Positions 9,360 to 19,861 of a DNA stretch of 64,000 nt are shown here, one piece after another. The notes below the pieces were generated by a model, which had not been told where the DNA came from, ran no database searches, and saw only the letters and a list, made by a program, of their open reading frames with translations. The position numbers were made by a program, and so were the translations under genes. The DNA is taken from NCBI GenBank assembly GCA_965222225.1, contig CBDCTK010000002.1, forward strand, positions 3,520,001-3,584,000, written 5' to 3'. Source of the stretch: Candidatus Poribacteria bacterium (GTDB lineage Bacteria > Poribacteria > WGA-4E > JAJDTR01). Numbering within the stretch: the first letter of the stretch is position 1; each line of letters starts with the position of its first letter.

Positions 9360-10553
9360 ATGAGACGAATCTATCTGGATCACAACGCGACAACACCACT
9401 CCATCCGGAGGTGTTGGAAGCGATGACCCCTTACCTAACAGATCGATTTGGTAACGGCTCCAGCATCCACGCCTACGGACGTGAAGCACGCACCGCAATT
9501 GATACCGCTCGCGAACAGGTGGCGGATCTAATTGGCGCTAAGAGTCCAAGCGAGATCGTGTTTGCCAGCAGCGGGACAGAGGCAGACAATCACGCCATAA
9601 AGGGCCTCGCAGAACTGCAAAAGAGCCGGAACGTCGGACATCACATCATCACCTCTGCAGTAGAACATCATGCGGTTTTGCACTCGTGTCAACATCTCGA
9701 AAAGCACGGTTTCGAAGTTACGTATTTGCCTGTCGATCGCTACGGACGGATTCATACCGATGCGTTGCGCGCGGCAATCCGCGAGACGACAATCTTGATT
9801 TCAATAATGCACGCTAACAACGAAACAGGAACAGTCCAACCCATCGCCGAAGTTGCTGAAATTGCGGCGGAGCATAGTATTCCGCTCCACACGGACGCTG
9901 TCCAATCCGTCGGCAAACTTCCTGTGGACGTTCAAGAATTGGGGATAAGCCTTTTATCGCTTTCCGGACATAAGCTCTATGGTCCCAAAGGGATTGGCGT
10001 GCTGTACATACGGCGTGGAACTCGCCTGGAGAACCTTATGCACGGTGGCTCGCATGAACGCAATCGTCGCGCGGGATCAGAGAATGTTCCAGCAATCGTT
10101 GGACTCGGGGCGGCGGCGCAGATTGCCAAGACGAACCGCGAAAGTAATGTTGAACACCTGGATTGTCTAACACAAAAACTCCGAGACGGACTCCATGAAA
10201 GACTTGATGGGCTATATGAGAATGGGCATCCCGAACACTGCCTTCCCGGAACATTGAACATCTCTTTTGAATTTGTCGAAGGGGAAAGTCTCATCTTGAG
10301 ATTAGATATGGAAGGTATCTGCGTCTCGACCGGATCCGCTTGTACCTCTGGCTCAATGGAACCTTCCCATGTTCTGGCTGCATTGGGACTTAGACCACAG
10401 TTGGCACAGGGCACGGTACGGTTTTCACTTGGCAGAGACAACACCGAGATCGAAATTAATGACATGATTGAAAAGGTGCCGGAGATTATCGAACAAATGC
10501 GCGGCATGTCCCCCGAGTATAAGCGGAAAAGGAACACACCCAAAGCAACGTAA
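9360..10553 (+). CDS. iscS: Cysteine desulfurase (IscS/NifS)
   Basis: YLDHNATTP, HANNETG, SGHKLYGPKG, STGSACTSG. Confidence 0.93.
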   Translation: MRRIYLDHNATTPLHPEVLEAMTPYLTDRFGNGSSIHAYGREARTAIDTAREQVADLIGAKSPSEIVFASSGTEADNHAIKGLAELQKSRNVGHHIITSAVEHHAVLHSCQHLEKHGFEVTYLPVDRYGRIHTDALRAAIRETTILISIMHANNETGTVQPIAEVAEIAAEHSIPLHTDAVQSVGKLPVDVQELGISLLSLSGHKLYGPKGIGVLYIRRGTRLENLMHGGSHERNRRAGSENVPAIVGLGAAAQIAKTNRESNVEHLDCLTQKLRDGLHERLDGLYENGHPEHCLPGTLNISFEFVEGESLILRLDMEGICVSTGSACTSGSMEPSHVLAALGLRPQLAQGTVRFSLGRDNTEIEINDMIEKVPEIIEQMRGMSPEYKRKRNTPKAT

Positions 10554-10620
10554 TGTAACTGTGATAAAACGCTGCGCGGCATGCTACAATCAGAACACGA
10601 AGTTGACTTGACTGTTTGCT

Positions 10621-11637
10621 ATGCCACAATTCGAGACCTTCCATTTCACGTCTAATAAGCACGGCACCCGACTCGATCAGTTTGTTGAAGCACAATATCT
10701 TGCCACAGTACATTCGACACGACAGCTTTCAAGGACGTACATTCAGCAGCTTATTCGCGATGGCGCCGTAACTGTTAATGGCAAAACTAGCAAACCGGGC
10801 TACAAGCTCCGCAGAGGCGACCAGATTGTCCTCACTCTTCCCGAACCCCACCCGTTAGAAGCAATCTCACCCCAATCTATTGCTCTTGATATCCTCTATG
10901 AAGATTCGAGTTTAATAGTAATCAACAAACTCGCCGGTATGCTAGTCCATCCCGCGGGCGGCGTTTATTCTGGCACACTCGTCAATGCGCTGCTCGGACA
11001 CTGCCAGGATCTATCCGGAATCGGCGGCATAGAGCGTCCCGGAATCGTTCATCGACTCGACAAAGATACCTCCGGTGTGCTAGTTACCGCCAAAACTGAC
11101 CATGCCCACCGAACACTTTCCGCTCAATTCGAAGCCCACACGACAGCTCGGCATTATCTTGCGGCTGTTTGCGAAGTTCCAGAACTTGGAGCCGGGACAA
11201 TTGACGAACAGATCGCGCGAAGTCACAGGGATCGGCGAAAAATGTCGGTCGTGAAGACAAACGGACGACACGCTGTGACTCACTACCGTGTGCTAGAAGT
11301 CTATGAAGGGTTTAGCCTACTTCAGTTGCGCTTGGAAACAGGCCGTCTGCATCAGATTCGTGTCCACCTAAGTTTTATCGGCCACCCGGTAGCGGGGGAT
11401 GCGGTGTATGGAGGCGGCAGAGAACGTGCACAGTCACATGCACCCTCAGTAACTGTGCGACAAGCGCTCATTAAACTAAATCGTCAAGCGCTCCACGCTG
11501 AGACGCTCGGGTTCAATCACCCTGAAACAGACGAAAGATTGGAATTCTCTGCACCAATGCCAAGCGATATGCTGCAAGTCGTTGATGCCCTGAGAAGCAG
11601 TAATCAGGGAATTGCGAATGCGGGGGTGCCGTTGTAG
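10621..11637 (+). CDS. rluD: RluA/RluD-family 23S rRNA pseudouridine synthase with S4 domain
   Basis: S4 N-terminus; GIVHRLDKDTSG; LETGRLHQIRVH; RQALHA. Confidence 0.9.
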   Translation: MPQFETFHFTSNKHGTRLDQFVEAQYLATVHSTRQLSRTYIQQLIRDGAVTVNGKTSKPGYKLRRGDQIVLTLPEPHPLEAISPQSIALDILYEDSSLIVINKLAGMLVHPAGGVYSGTLVNALLGHCQDLSGIGGIERPGIVHRLDKDTSGVLVTAKTDHAHRTLSAQFEAHTTARHYLAAVCEVPELGAGTIDEQIARSHRDRRKMSVVKTNGRHAVTHYRVLEVYEGFSLLQLRLETGRLHQIRVHLSFIGHPVAGDAVYGGGRERAQSHAPSVTVRQALIKLNRQALHAETLGFNHPETDERLEFSAPMPSDMLQVVDALRSSNQGIANAGVPL

Positions 11638-12055
11638 AAACCTTCCTTGCTATCCCCATAAGAAATCTATAGGTCTAAGGTTACCATCCCACGCGTATGC
11701 TGTTTTCGGTGTTGATTGAAATTAGCGCCTCGGCATCCCACCGACGGACACGATCAGTCTTGACTGGATTGTACTCGGACAATCCAAGCCTACAAACAAC
11801 CTAACCGACAACTCCCGATTCTTCTGGCTTTTTGCCATATTGCTTCCGTACGACTGGCAAACAACCTCTTCTCCTTAGTATTTAGGTGAAGCTACCGACC
11901 AATTGAAGCCAGAATCTGCCCACAGATAATTCAATTCTTACACAACCCATAATACGGAAGGTGAGTCCAATGTTGTAAAACAAATTTTATGACAGCAAAT
12001 CCGTCCGAGTCATGCTATTGTTTTTCCCAATAACACCGATTGGAGGGAAGAGCTA

Positions 12056-13189
12056 ATGGATACGGGCAAACTTATCGCCGAATATCGAAAGAAAAACGGT
12101 CTAACCCAAGAGCAACTCGCCGAAGAGATTCATACCTCTCGCCAAACAGTTGCAATGTGGGAAACGGGAAAGCAACTTCCCTCCGACAATGTTGCCCTTC
12201 TTACTGCCCGAGTTCTGGGAATCAATGAAAAGAAACTTCTCGCTCAACTGTCCGAAGATCGATTACATCAGCGGATTGACCACCTCCAGCGCGCCTACGA
12301 TGTGACAATAACCATCGGAGACGAACAGGAGAAACGGACAACTCAAGACTTGCGACAGAAACTTACACAAACCAATGATGACGTTACACTGATAATCACG
12401 CGAATTTACAAGTCAATCTATTGGGATGAGGTTCATGAAGCACTATTTAGCCAAATGTACCGAATGCATGGTCGAGATTTTAATCCTCAGATGGGGCACG
12501 ACAATCCATACCTCTTCCTTCACCTGCTCTGTGAAGACCGCAACAGGCACCTTGATCTGCTTGGCACGCACCACGACATTGAGGACAATCTTGGCAATAT
12601 CGAATCGAAGCGCCTCGTCAGGGCAGGGGCTCTGTCTAGTACTCACTACTACATTGAGGATAACCTTGGTAATCGACCCCACGGGAGGAATCTGTGGAGA
12701 GATGTAAGTGATGAGGCGGGCGGTTCCAGTAGATTCTCCGAGATTATCAGGTGTGATTATCCACTGCAAGGAACAAAGTTCACACTCCATCGTGATTTTG
12801 TGAATCATCATCGGCACGACTGTGACGCAATTCTGTTTGAGGACATCCCGATTGATGGGAAAGGCATAACGAAGAGATTCAAAAATACTGTAATCAGATA
12901 CGATGGTTTTCGTGAGAACGAAATGAGCAATGGCAACGCCATCCACCTTGTGCATAACAATCCTCCAGAAGTGCGCTACGTGGGTGTCAGGCAAGTTGTG
13001 GATAATTTGGGCAACACATATACGCCATGCATAAAAGGTCACTTCCTCGCACGTCGTTCGGATCTTGGGGGCTACTTGGAATACTTCACGCTGAAGGGAC
13101 TTAACCCTAATGCTACGACAATCAGCTTCAAATATCTTTTCGCTCGAACAATTCTTTCTTTTGAATTCAACGATCTGCCGTTGCCTTAG
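12056..13189 (+). CDS. XRE-family HTH protein with large unknown C-terminal region
   Basis: RKKNGLTQEQLAEEIHTSRQTVAMWETGKQLP; GGAGG RBS; three DNLGN motifs. Confidence 0.8.
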   Translation: MDTGKLIAEYRKKNGLTQEQLAEEIHTSRQTVAMWETGKQLPSDNVALLTARVLGINEKKLLAQLSEDRLHQRIDHLQRAYDVTITIGDEQEKRTTQDLRQKLTQTNDDVTLIITRIYKSIYWDEVHEALFSQMYRMHGRDFNPQMGHDNPYLFLHLLCEDRNRHLDLLGTHHDIEDNLGNIESKRLVRAGALSSTHYYIEDNLGNRPHGRNLWRDVSDEAGGSSRFSEIIRCDYPLQGTKFTLHRDFVNHHRHDCDAILFEDIPIDGKGITKRFKNTVIRYDGFRENEMSNGNAIHLVHNNPPEVRYVGVRQVVDNLGNTYTPCIKGHFLARRSDLGGYLEYFTLKGLNPNATTISFKYLFARTILSFEFNDLPLP

Positions 13190-13462
13190 CAGTTGAAACA
13201 GGGACCGAACCACATTGGCTTGCCAACCGAATTTGGTTTTGCTTTCTGTATCCGCGGACCGATATCAATTGCCATAGACTATCCAGTAAAACATTAGCCA
13301 TGCAAATCTCAACATGCTTAGCCTTTAAGCTATTAGGTTCGATGGCGTTTACAACATGGCTAAGCTAACTCTAGCTATCTGGCTAGAAGCCTAAAGTTTA
13401 CCCGATGGCATTTGAACTAATCCAAACAGAAAATACTTCGCCCGTTCCAGAATAGGAGCGCT

Positions 13463-14974
13463 ATGTTAAGGATTATCATCTGGCGTGAGTTTCTAGCAAA
13501 CATTTTAACACTCCGGTTTTTGCTGGGGTTAATCATTTGTATCGGTTTGGTCAGCCTCAACACGTGGGTGCTCGTGCGAAGTTACACACATCGCCTACAA
13601 GACTATCGGCGCGCCGTGGATGCAAATACAAATGAAGTTCGCAACATCCAAGTTTATTCTGAACTTTCATTTAGACATAGCCCAAGAGCCGAGAAAAAAC
13701 CTCCTTTGCTAAGTATATTCAACGAAGGTCTTGCAGAACGCCTAGGCAATAGCGTGGAGGTCTCCCACACTCTGGTGCCGGTGAAGGCGACGCAACATGG
13801 ATCAGACAATCCTTATCTCGTCGTTTTTCCCCGAACCGACCTGACACTTGTGTTTCAAATTGTGATTAGCCTGCTGGCATTTCTGTTCTCCTATGATGCC
13901 ATTGCAGGCGAGCGTCAGAGCGGCACGCTAGCACTCGTGTTGTCGAATGCTATACCGCGGGGCAAGCTGCTTTTCGGCAAGTATTTGGGCGGGATACTAA
14001 GTTTAACCATTCCCTTGGTATTCAGCCTGCTAGTGGCGCTGCTCTTTATATTTCTATCGCCCCACGTCTCCATTAGCGTATCGGATTGGGCACGGATTGG
14101 TATCTTTTGCCTGGTTTCCCTGATATACATGTCCGTGTTTTTTACCTTGGGTATGCTGTTTTCAACTCGGGTAGGACGTGCAACGACAGCCTTGATTCCC
14201 ATCATGTTCTTTTGGGCCTTGTTTGTATTGATTTTTCCCAGAGCCAGCGCTTTTGCTGTCTCCAAGCTGCTGCCCATCAAATCGGATGCTCACGTAAGCT
14301 TCGAGAGCTATTTCCGCTCATTTTGGTCAAAAAGAGGAGACCTCTCCCAGCACCGGCTGCATGAATTGTGGGAAAATTTCGAGCGTGAACTTGAGGATTT
14401 CAAGAAGAAACGGGATTTCAAACTGGTATTCAATGGTGGAACAAATTTTCGCGCACTTCAAGGTCACGAATATGTCGGATCCTTCGCTGGCCCTCCGGAT
14501 CAACTGCCTACGTTTCACGACTTTCTGCAATTCCAAGAAGAGTTGAACATTCAATATGCGGATGAAGTTGGCAGGATAAGGAGAGAGTATTTAATCCAAA
14601 ACCCGATTCGACAAGCAAAATTGACGCAACAGATTTCCAGTTTCTCTCCGGCGGCGGTTTATTGGCACGCGACCGCAATCCTTACCGGAACCGATCTGGA
14701 CAGCCATCTGCGGTTTTTGGATGAGGCGAGACAATACCGGCGCGAGTTAATCCGGTACCTGCGTGATCAGAACGCATTCGAATCGGAAGCGTGGTACAAC
14801 CCGGAGGCATTCAAAAAGATTGACGCTAGGGACATTCCACTTTTTCGCGAGCATCCCGAGTCGTTGTCAGCGATTCTTTCACGGATGAGTTTTAATGTTG
14901 GGGTATTGATACTTCTGAACGTGGTTTTCTTTCTTCTTACCTATTTGTTGTTTTTGAGGTCGGATGTAAGTTGA
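13463..14974 (+). CDS. ABC-2 type permease subunit, paralog class A (pair 1)
   Basis: REFLANILTLRF, PPLLSIFNEGL, DNPYL, YDAIAGERQSGTLALVLSN, GKYLG; about 6 TM with two large soluble loops. Confidence 0.88.
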   Translation: MLRIIIWREFLANILTLRFLLGLIICIGLVSLNTWVLVRSYTHRLQDYRRAVDANTNEVRNIQVYSELSFRHSPRAEKKPPLLSIFNEGLAERLGNSVEVSHTLVPVKATQHGSDNPYLVVFPRTDLTLVFQIVISLLAFLFSYDAIAGERQSGTLALVLSNAIPRGKLLFGKYLGGILSLTIPLVFSLLVALLFIFLSPHVSISVSDWARIGIFCLVSLIYMSVFFTLGMLFSTRVGRATTALIPIMFFWALFVLIFPRASAFAVSKLLPIKSDAHVSFESYFRSFWSKRGDLSQHRLHELWENFERELEDFKKKRDFKLVFNGGTNFRALQGHEYVGSFAGPPDQLPTFHDFLQFQEELNIQYADEVGRIRREYLIQNPIRQAKLTQQISSFSPAAVYWHATAILTGTDLDSHLRFLDEARQYRRELIRYLRDQNAFESEAWYNPEAFKKIDARDIPLFREHPESLSAILSRMSFNVGVLILLNVVFFLLTYLLFLRSDVS

Positions 14975-15559
14975 TTGGCAATACAAAATTTATCTCTAAT
15001 CTTTGTCGTAAGCTCGACTTTGTACATTTACGCAGTATCACAGACGGTGTCAATCAAGCGTTCCAGAAAAGCGGGTGAGATTTTAACCATCTGGTCTTTT
15101 AGGTTGACCATTGAAAAAGTCACATCTGCTTCTGCGGGCGAGAACGGGTGTCCCACCCACCCTATGGCATCAGAAAAGACTGCTAGAGGTTTCTACCATA
15201 CTACTGTCGCCCCCGCTGGGGATTTCTTGCAGGAAATGGTGGGCGGTGCTCACCCTACAAATGTACAAAGTCGAGCTAAGGTTTGGATAATTTTAGCCGC
15301 AGTCATACAGTTTTATCAAGGGTGTGGTCAATATTTAGCGAGTTTTGCTGTTCAATGGTTGTTGAGGTAGTTCAAAGTTTTGTACAGAGAATCCAGACAC
15401 AATTTTTGAGAGGACAAACGCTTGCCCGTACCGTTTTTGTCCTTCTAACCCCCAGCGTATTGGGAACATTTTCTCTGGTTGCACCAATAGAAGATGCTAA
15501 CGCAGGGGCCTCCCACAGCTGTTTTGAACTCTGTTTAACGCGCACTAAAGGAGCGAATC

Positions 15560-16387
15560 ATGAGGTTTCTAATAACTTGCTTGATTTATTTAACTATGTG
15601 TGGTATCTCAGTCCTTTCTTTACACACGAATGATGCACATTCTCGCCTCCAGAGTGTGGATGACACGCTTTGGGCAGAACCCCTTCAAACGTTTAAGAAA
15701 TTCCTCAAGACAGATCCTGAAGCCGCACGTGTCGAACTCCACAACGTTGCGAAAACCCTGTTCGGAGAACACATACTCACTGAAGAATGGGTGCCCCTCT
15801 ACTTTCGCCTGAGTCGCGAGGGTACTGATCATCTTTCGGATCTCAAACGTATGTCTGAATTGGAAATCCGAATGCTTACTGCCATTGATGTCAAAAAGTA
15901 TGCCAAACAGATCGAACGCCACCGAGAAAGACTGAAACACTATGATGAACTGTCCAAAATCGCTGAAGATGAAGCACCACCGCCTGAAACGCTTTCCCCT
16001 GGAGAACAGGAAGTCCCCTCAAAAACAGGTCACGAGCATTCCAAAGCATTTCATGAACTACTCCCCACTGACCCCGAAGCCGCACGCGCGGAACTTGCCG
16101 CACTTAGCGTGCTCACGTTTAATGGACACCGGCTTGCGAAAGAATGGGAGGAACTCTATTTTCGCCTTTCTCGTGAGAAGGAAGGCACCCTTTCCGAGAT
16201 TATTCGGCTTCTCGAATTAACAAAGCAGATGCTGAAAGATCATTCCCCTGAAAAACAAGCCAAGGAAATTGAAGATTTAGAAACCACAATAAAAGATCTT
16301 GAACCTATGAGAAACTTGCTCAAACTACAGGGGGGCCTTGATACACAGAAAATTCCCTTCAATTTCAACATGGCTCCCCCTGAATAA
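15560..16387 (+). CDS. Exported helical protein with two internal ~100-aa repeats
   Basis: AAGGAG RBS; signal peptide; TDPEAAR.EL...H.L..EW..LYFRLSRE repeated. Confidence 0.75.
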   Translation: MRFLITCLIYLTMCGISVLSLHTNDAHSRLQSVDDTLWAEPLQTFKKFLKTDPEAARVELHNVAKTLFGEHILTEEWVPLYFRLSREGTDHLSDLKRMSELEIRMLTAIDVKKYAKQIERHRERLKHYDELSKIAEDEAPPPETLSPGEQEVPSKTGHEHSKAFHELLPTDPEAARAELAALSVLTFNGHRLAKEWEELYFRLSREKEGTLSEIIRLLELTKQMLKDHSPEKQAKEIEDLETTIKDLEPMRNLLKLQGGLDTQKIPFNFNMAPPE

Positions 16388-16412
16388 TGTCATGATGCTT
16401 ACCAAACATTAA

Positions 16413-16663
16413 GAGCAGTTTGAAAAAGAAAAAAGTTGTCTGAACGGTTGATGTTTGCGTTTACTCATTGGAAAGGAGTAAACATGAACCGCAAGAGTTA
16501 CCCTAGTGATTTGACCGATGCACAGTGGGAGAAACTGTCATCGCTTCTGCCAACATCTCAACCCTTAGGCAGACCGCTCAAGTGGGAGATATGCTTAATC
16601 ATCAACGCTATCTTTCATGTCGTCAAGTCCGGTCGCCAGTGGCGGATGCTACCCCATGATTAG
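16413..16663 (+). mobile_element. IS5-family (IS1031-like) transposase remnant with left end
   Basis: YPSDLTDAQW...GRP...NAIF...G.QWRMLPHD then stop; IR-like GAGCAGTTTGAAAAAG upstream. Confidence 0.8.
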
Positions 16664-16725
16664 ACGTACCTATGATGTGGGCACTTTGCACTCGTCGGCG
16701 ACAAACAAAAACAAGGATATTATCC

Positions 16726-18174
16726 ATGTTCTTCCATATCATGAAGCGCGAGATTCTTGACCATCTGATGTCCCTCCGTTTTGCGCTAAGCCTTGTAGCT
16801 GTAACATCGCTCTTGGTTTTGGGGACATTAATCTTTGTCAGCGGTGATTATAAGCAGAAGCTAACGGAGTATTCATTGAACAGTGCCTGGGTCAACGATC
16901 AAATCAGGGGGAGTTGCCAGCAGCTAAACGAGTTGGCTACGCGAGGTCCAATTGCGTTGTACAAACGTCCGAGTGCGTTGGCATTTTGTGCTGCTGATCA
17001 GGAAGACGCATTGCCGACGCACATTGCGGCAGAAGTACGTAGCAGCTCTTCGTGGCAGGGCAGTCGTGGTTCATACAGTTATACCGAACCGTGGAGATTA
17101 CAATATGTACCAGATAGCTATCAAATGAATTCGATGCTTCCAAGAATTGGAGCGCTAGATTGGAGTTATATCATTAGTCTTGTAACAAGTTTTGTGGCAA
17201 TTCTCCTTACCTTTGATGCCATTTCGGGGGAACGAGAAAACGGCACGCTGGCGCTGGTTTTGTCGAATGCCGTATCGCGCGCGGGTGTACTCGCGGGCAA
17301 ATTTCTTGGAGCTTTCATCGTCATTGTAATACCGATGCTGATTGGAATACTGCTGAGTGCCTTAATTGTGAGCCTTTCGGGCATTGTGTCTCTCCACGGT
17401 GCCGACTGGGCGCGTATCGGATTGATGGTGGCTTTATCGTTTATTTACATCGCACTATTTATTGGATTAGGTTTGGCGATTTCGAGTCGTATGAGGCATT
17501 CATCAACTAGCTTAGTCGTGCTGCTGCTCATCTGGATTGTTTTGGTAGTCCTAATACCGAATACGTTCGGTACCGTGGTCAGCACGTTACATACAGTCCC
17601 GTCGCAGCGAGAATTTCAAGAGAAGAGAAGCGCGGCATCGGATTTCAAGGCAATAAATTTTGGTGAAATGTTCAAATACGGCTTCCCAACCGATCCCAAT
17701 CCCGACAGAAGGGCGCTTGAGTGGTGGGCAGACTTTATCACAAACCGGTGGAAGATAGAATCTCGCCTTGATGACGAACATCTTGATGCACAGTTTGCTC
17801 AAGTACAATTTGCTCGTCAGATTTTACGTCTTTCCCCGACAGTAATCTATAACTACGGGATGGAATCCTTGGCGGGCACAGGATTCGCCGGACACGGTGA
17901 ATTTGTAAAAGCTGCTCGGCGGTATCGGCAGCAGTTTATAGAATTCATCAAGGAAACAGACAGTACCGACCCCGGCAGTCCCCACATCTTCTATCTCAAA
18001 GAGGGGTTGTCTCAAAAGCGTGTACCTTTTTCGAGCGTCCCTCGTTTCGAACAGTTTACAAATAACATCTCAGCAGTAGGCGAGATATTGAAGGACTTTG
18101 GTCTGCTAACCCTGTTTTTTGTGGTGATTTTTCTGGCGAGTGTTTTGGATTTCCTAAGATCCGAGGTGCGATGA
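16726..18174 (+). CDS. ABC-2 type permease subunit, paralog class B (pair 1)
   Basis: HIMKREILDHLMSLRFAL, YKRPSALAFCA, FDAISGERENGTL, DPGSPH; start moved to the ATG aligning with paralogs. Confidence 0.88.
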   Translation: MFFHIMKREILDHLMSLRFALSLVAVTSLLVLGTLIFVSGDYKQKLTEYSLNSAWVNDQIRGSCQQLNELATRGPIALYKRPSALAFCAADQEDALPTHIAAEVRSSSSWQGSRGSYSYTEPWRLQYVPDSYQMNSMLPRIGALDWSYIISLVTSFVAILLTFDAISGERENGTLALVLSNAVSRAGVLAGKFLGAFIVIVIPMLIGILLSALIVSLSGIVSLHGADWARIGLMVALSFIYIALFIGLGLAISSRMRHSSTSLVVLLLIWIVLVVLIPNTFGTVVSTLHTVPSQREFQEKRSAASDFKAINFGEMFKYGFPTDPNPDRRALEWWADFITNRWKIESRLDDEHLDAQFAQVQFARQILRLSPTVIYNYGMESLAGTGFAGHGEFVKAARRYRQQFIEFIKETDSTDPGSPHIFYLKEGLSQKRVPFSSVPRFEQFTNNISAVGEILKDFGLLTLFFVVIFLASVLDFLRSEVR

Positions 18175-18297
18175 AGTGTTTGATTGAACTGACAAGGCAA
18201 TGGACATATATGACCCGATCCCTCGGCTTTTGTTTGGCGCGGGAAGCCATCGTGCCATCAAACCGCCGGAGGCGGTTTGGACAAGCGCGGGTGGCGT

Positions 18298-19443
18298 TTA
18301 CCCTTCCGAATCTGTGACAACCTCCGCCTTTACCGGATTCGCATAACACTGATAATGGCTTTCGACATCCGCCTGTGGTGTAACGCCTTCATGGACATAG
18401 ACGCCGAATCTCAGACGGAAACGGTCATTTTCCAACTCATCAGGCGGGTGGTGGAGAATGCTCATCTGCTCCGGCACGGCGATTTCCCCGAAAAAGCCCG
18501 GGTGTTCAGCGTTTTGCGGGTGATCGAACAACGCCATCCCGTTTATTCCATCGCCCACTGTTCCGCATAAATCGCACCATCGCGCACGCTGATGGTGTAC
18601 CTGCGTTCTGCCAATCTGTCCTTCGGAGTTTTCAACATGCCCTTTTTCCGGGACATCCATTGACGGATTCAGTCGTGCCACAAAAAGAAATTGCCGGGCG
18701 CCGATGTCCAGCGGCGGCGTGGTTTCGTGAGTGATTTCCAAGAATCGCCGTCTATTGTCCCCATACCAGACGCGGGCTGTCCGCCTTTCCGTCATGATGA
18801 CATCGCCATCTCCGCTAACATGGATAAGGTCTTCGACAAATTCGGCGTATATGTTACCCTCGGTGATTCGGGCAAATCGCTGGTGCAGCATCTTGCCACA
18901 GGGGCCATAGGGTGGTTCGTCCCAATCTGACCAGATGTTCGCGGATCCGCCTTCGCCGTGTCCTCCGTAAGCGAGATAAAGCCCGGTGTGGTGGGGATGG
19001 TCACCTCCACCAGCCCCACGTACAACGCTTCCGTGATTCCCGTTGAGTGGCCAAAAGTAGGGTTTCCAGACACCGAGGAAATTGTACCGAGTGAACAACG
19101 CACCATCGGCAGAAATAAGCAAGTGTGCGGGTTTCTGCTCAATCCGATAACGAGCCTCGGGTAGGGGCTCATTCGTGTGTCGAATGGCGTAATGTGCGGT
19201 TGTGCCTGCGGACAACCCATCCGTTTGCCAGGCAAGCTCACGTGTCGTAGGATCGAACTGGCAAGGGATATCTTCGCCGGCGATATGGCCGTTTGCATCA
19301 CATTTGAACACAACAAGCCTCGAAGTTCCCTCCTGCCAATCGTGGAAATGGAGTTTGGGTTTGAAAGTCAAGCGGACGAGGTCATTGTGCCGATCTGCCG
19401 CGCCTGCATCAATTTTAACGATTACTGTTCGATCTCTTGTCAC
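18298..19443 (-). CDS. DUF6807 (PmoA-like, PF14100) family protein
   Basis: KPYFWPL, DHPHHTGLYLAYG, ARWCDL.G, GMALFDHPQN; GGAG RBS. Confidence 0.75.
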   Translation of the reverse strand: MTRDRTVIVKIDAGAADRHNDLVRLTFKPKLHFHDWQEGTSRLVVFKCDANGHIAGEDIPCQFDPTTRELAWQTDGLSAGTTAHYAIRHTNEPLPEARYRIEQKPAHLLISADGALFTRYNFLGVWKPYFWPLNGNHGSVVRGAGGGDHPHHTGLYLAYGGHGEGGSANIWSDWDEPPYGPCGKMLHQRFARITEGNIYAEFVEDLIHVSGDGDVIMTERRTARVWYGDNRRRFLEITHETTPPLDIGARQFLFVARLNPSMDVPEKGHVENSEGQIGRTQVHHQRARWCDLCGTVGDGINGMALFDHPQNAEHPGFFGEIAVPEQMSILHHPPDELENDRFRLRFGVYVHEGVTPQADVESHYQCYANPVKAEVVTDSEG

Positions 19444-19861
19444 GGGTTGGCTCCTTTATGGTGTAAATGTACTAATCTGTTTGAATCCCTTGAACGGGGG
19501 CATGATACCACGCAATGGTTTTGAAGTGCAAGTCGTGTGAGTCATTGATACAGAATGCGATTACCTTGGATCAGAGAGGTCTAGGACTTGTCATACGGAT
19601 AGAAAACGGTTACAATCTGAATACCTAGGGATATTTCCTCTTAGGCGCTGAACACCTTGGCCTTGAAGACAAATCAATAGACACTTGGGAAGTTGCAATT
19701 GAGACTACCACAATTAGCCGCAGCCAAATACGTCAGGTTACTGCGCCTTCTGGTGTATCAATCCTCGATTCAAGATATGTGCATCATCGCGCTGAGATGA
19801 TGATAAAATTTGGGAACTTGGATGTGCTCGGGAGTAGAAGACATAGATATAGGTTTCCACT

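Noticed and set aside
9977-10582. 201-aa antisense ORF
   Set aside because: Shadow of iscS
12443-13213. 256-aa antisense ORF
   Set aside because: Shadow of the XRE gene; no recognisable motifs or RBS
18298-19443. Methane monooxygenase suggested by the 'PmoA' family name
   Set aside because: Soluble DUF6807-type protein with no TM helices and no pmoB/pmoC
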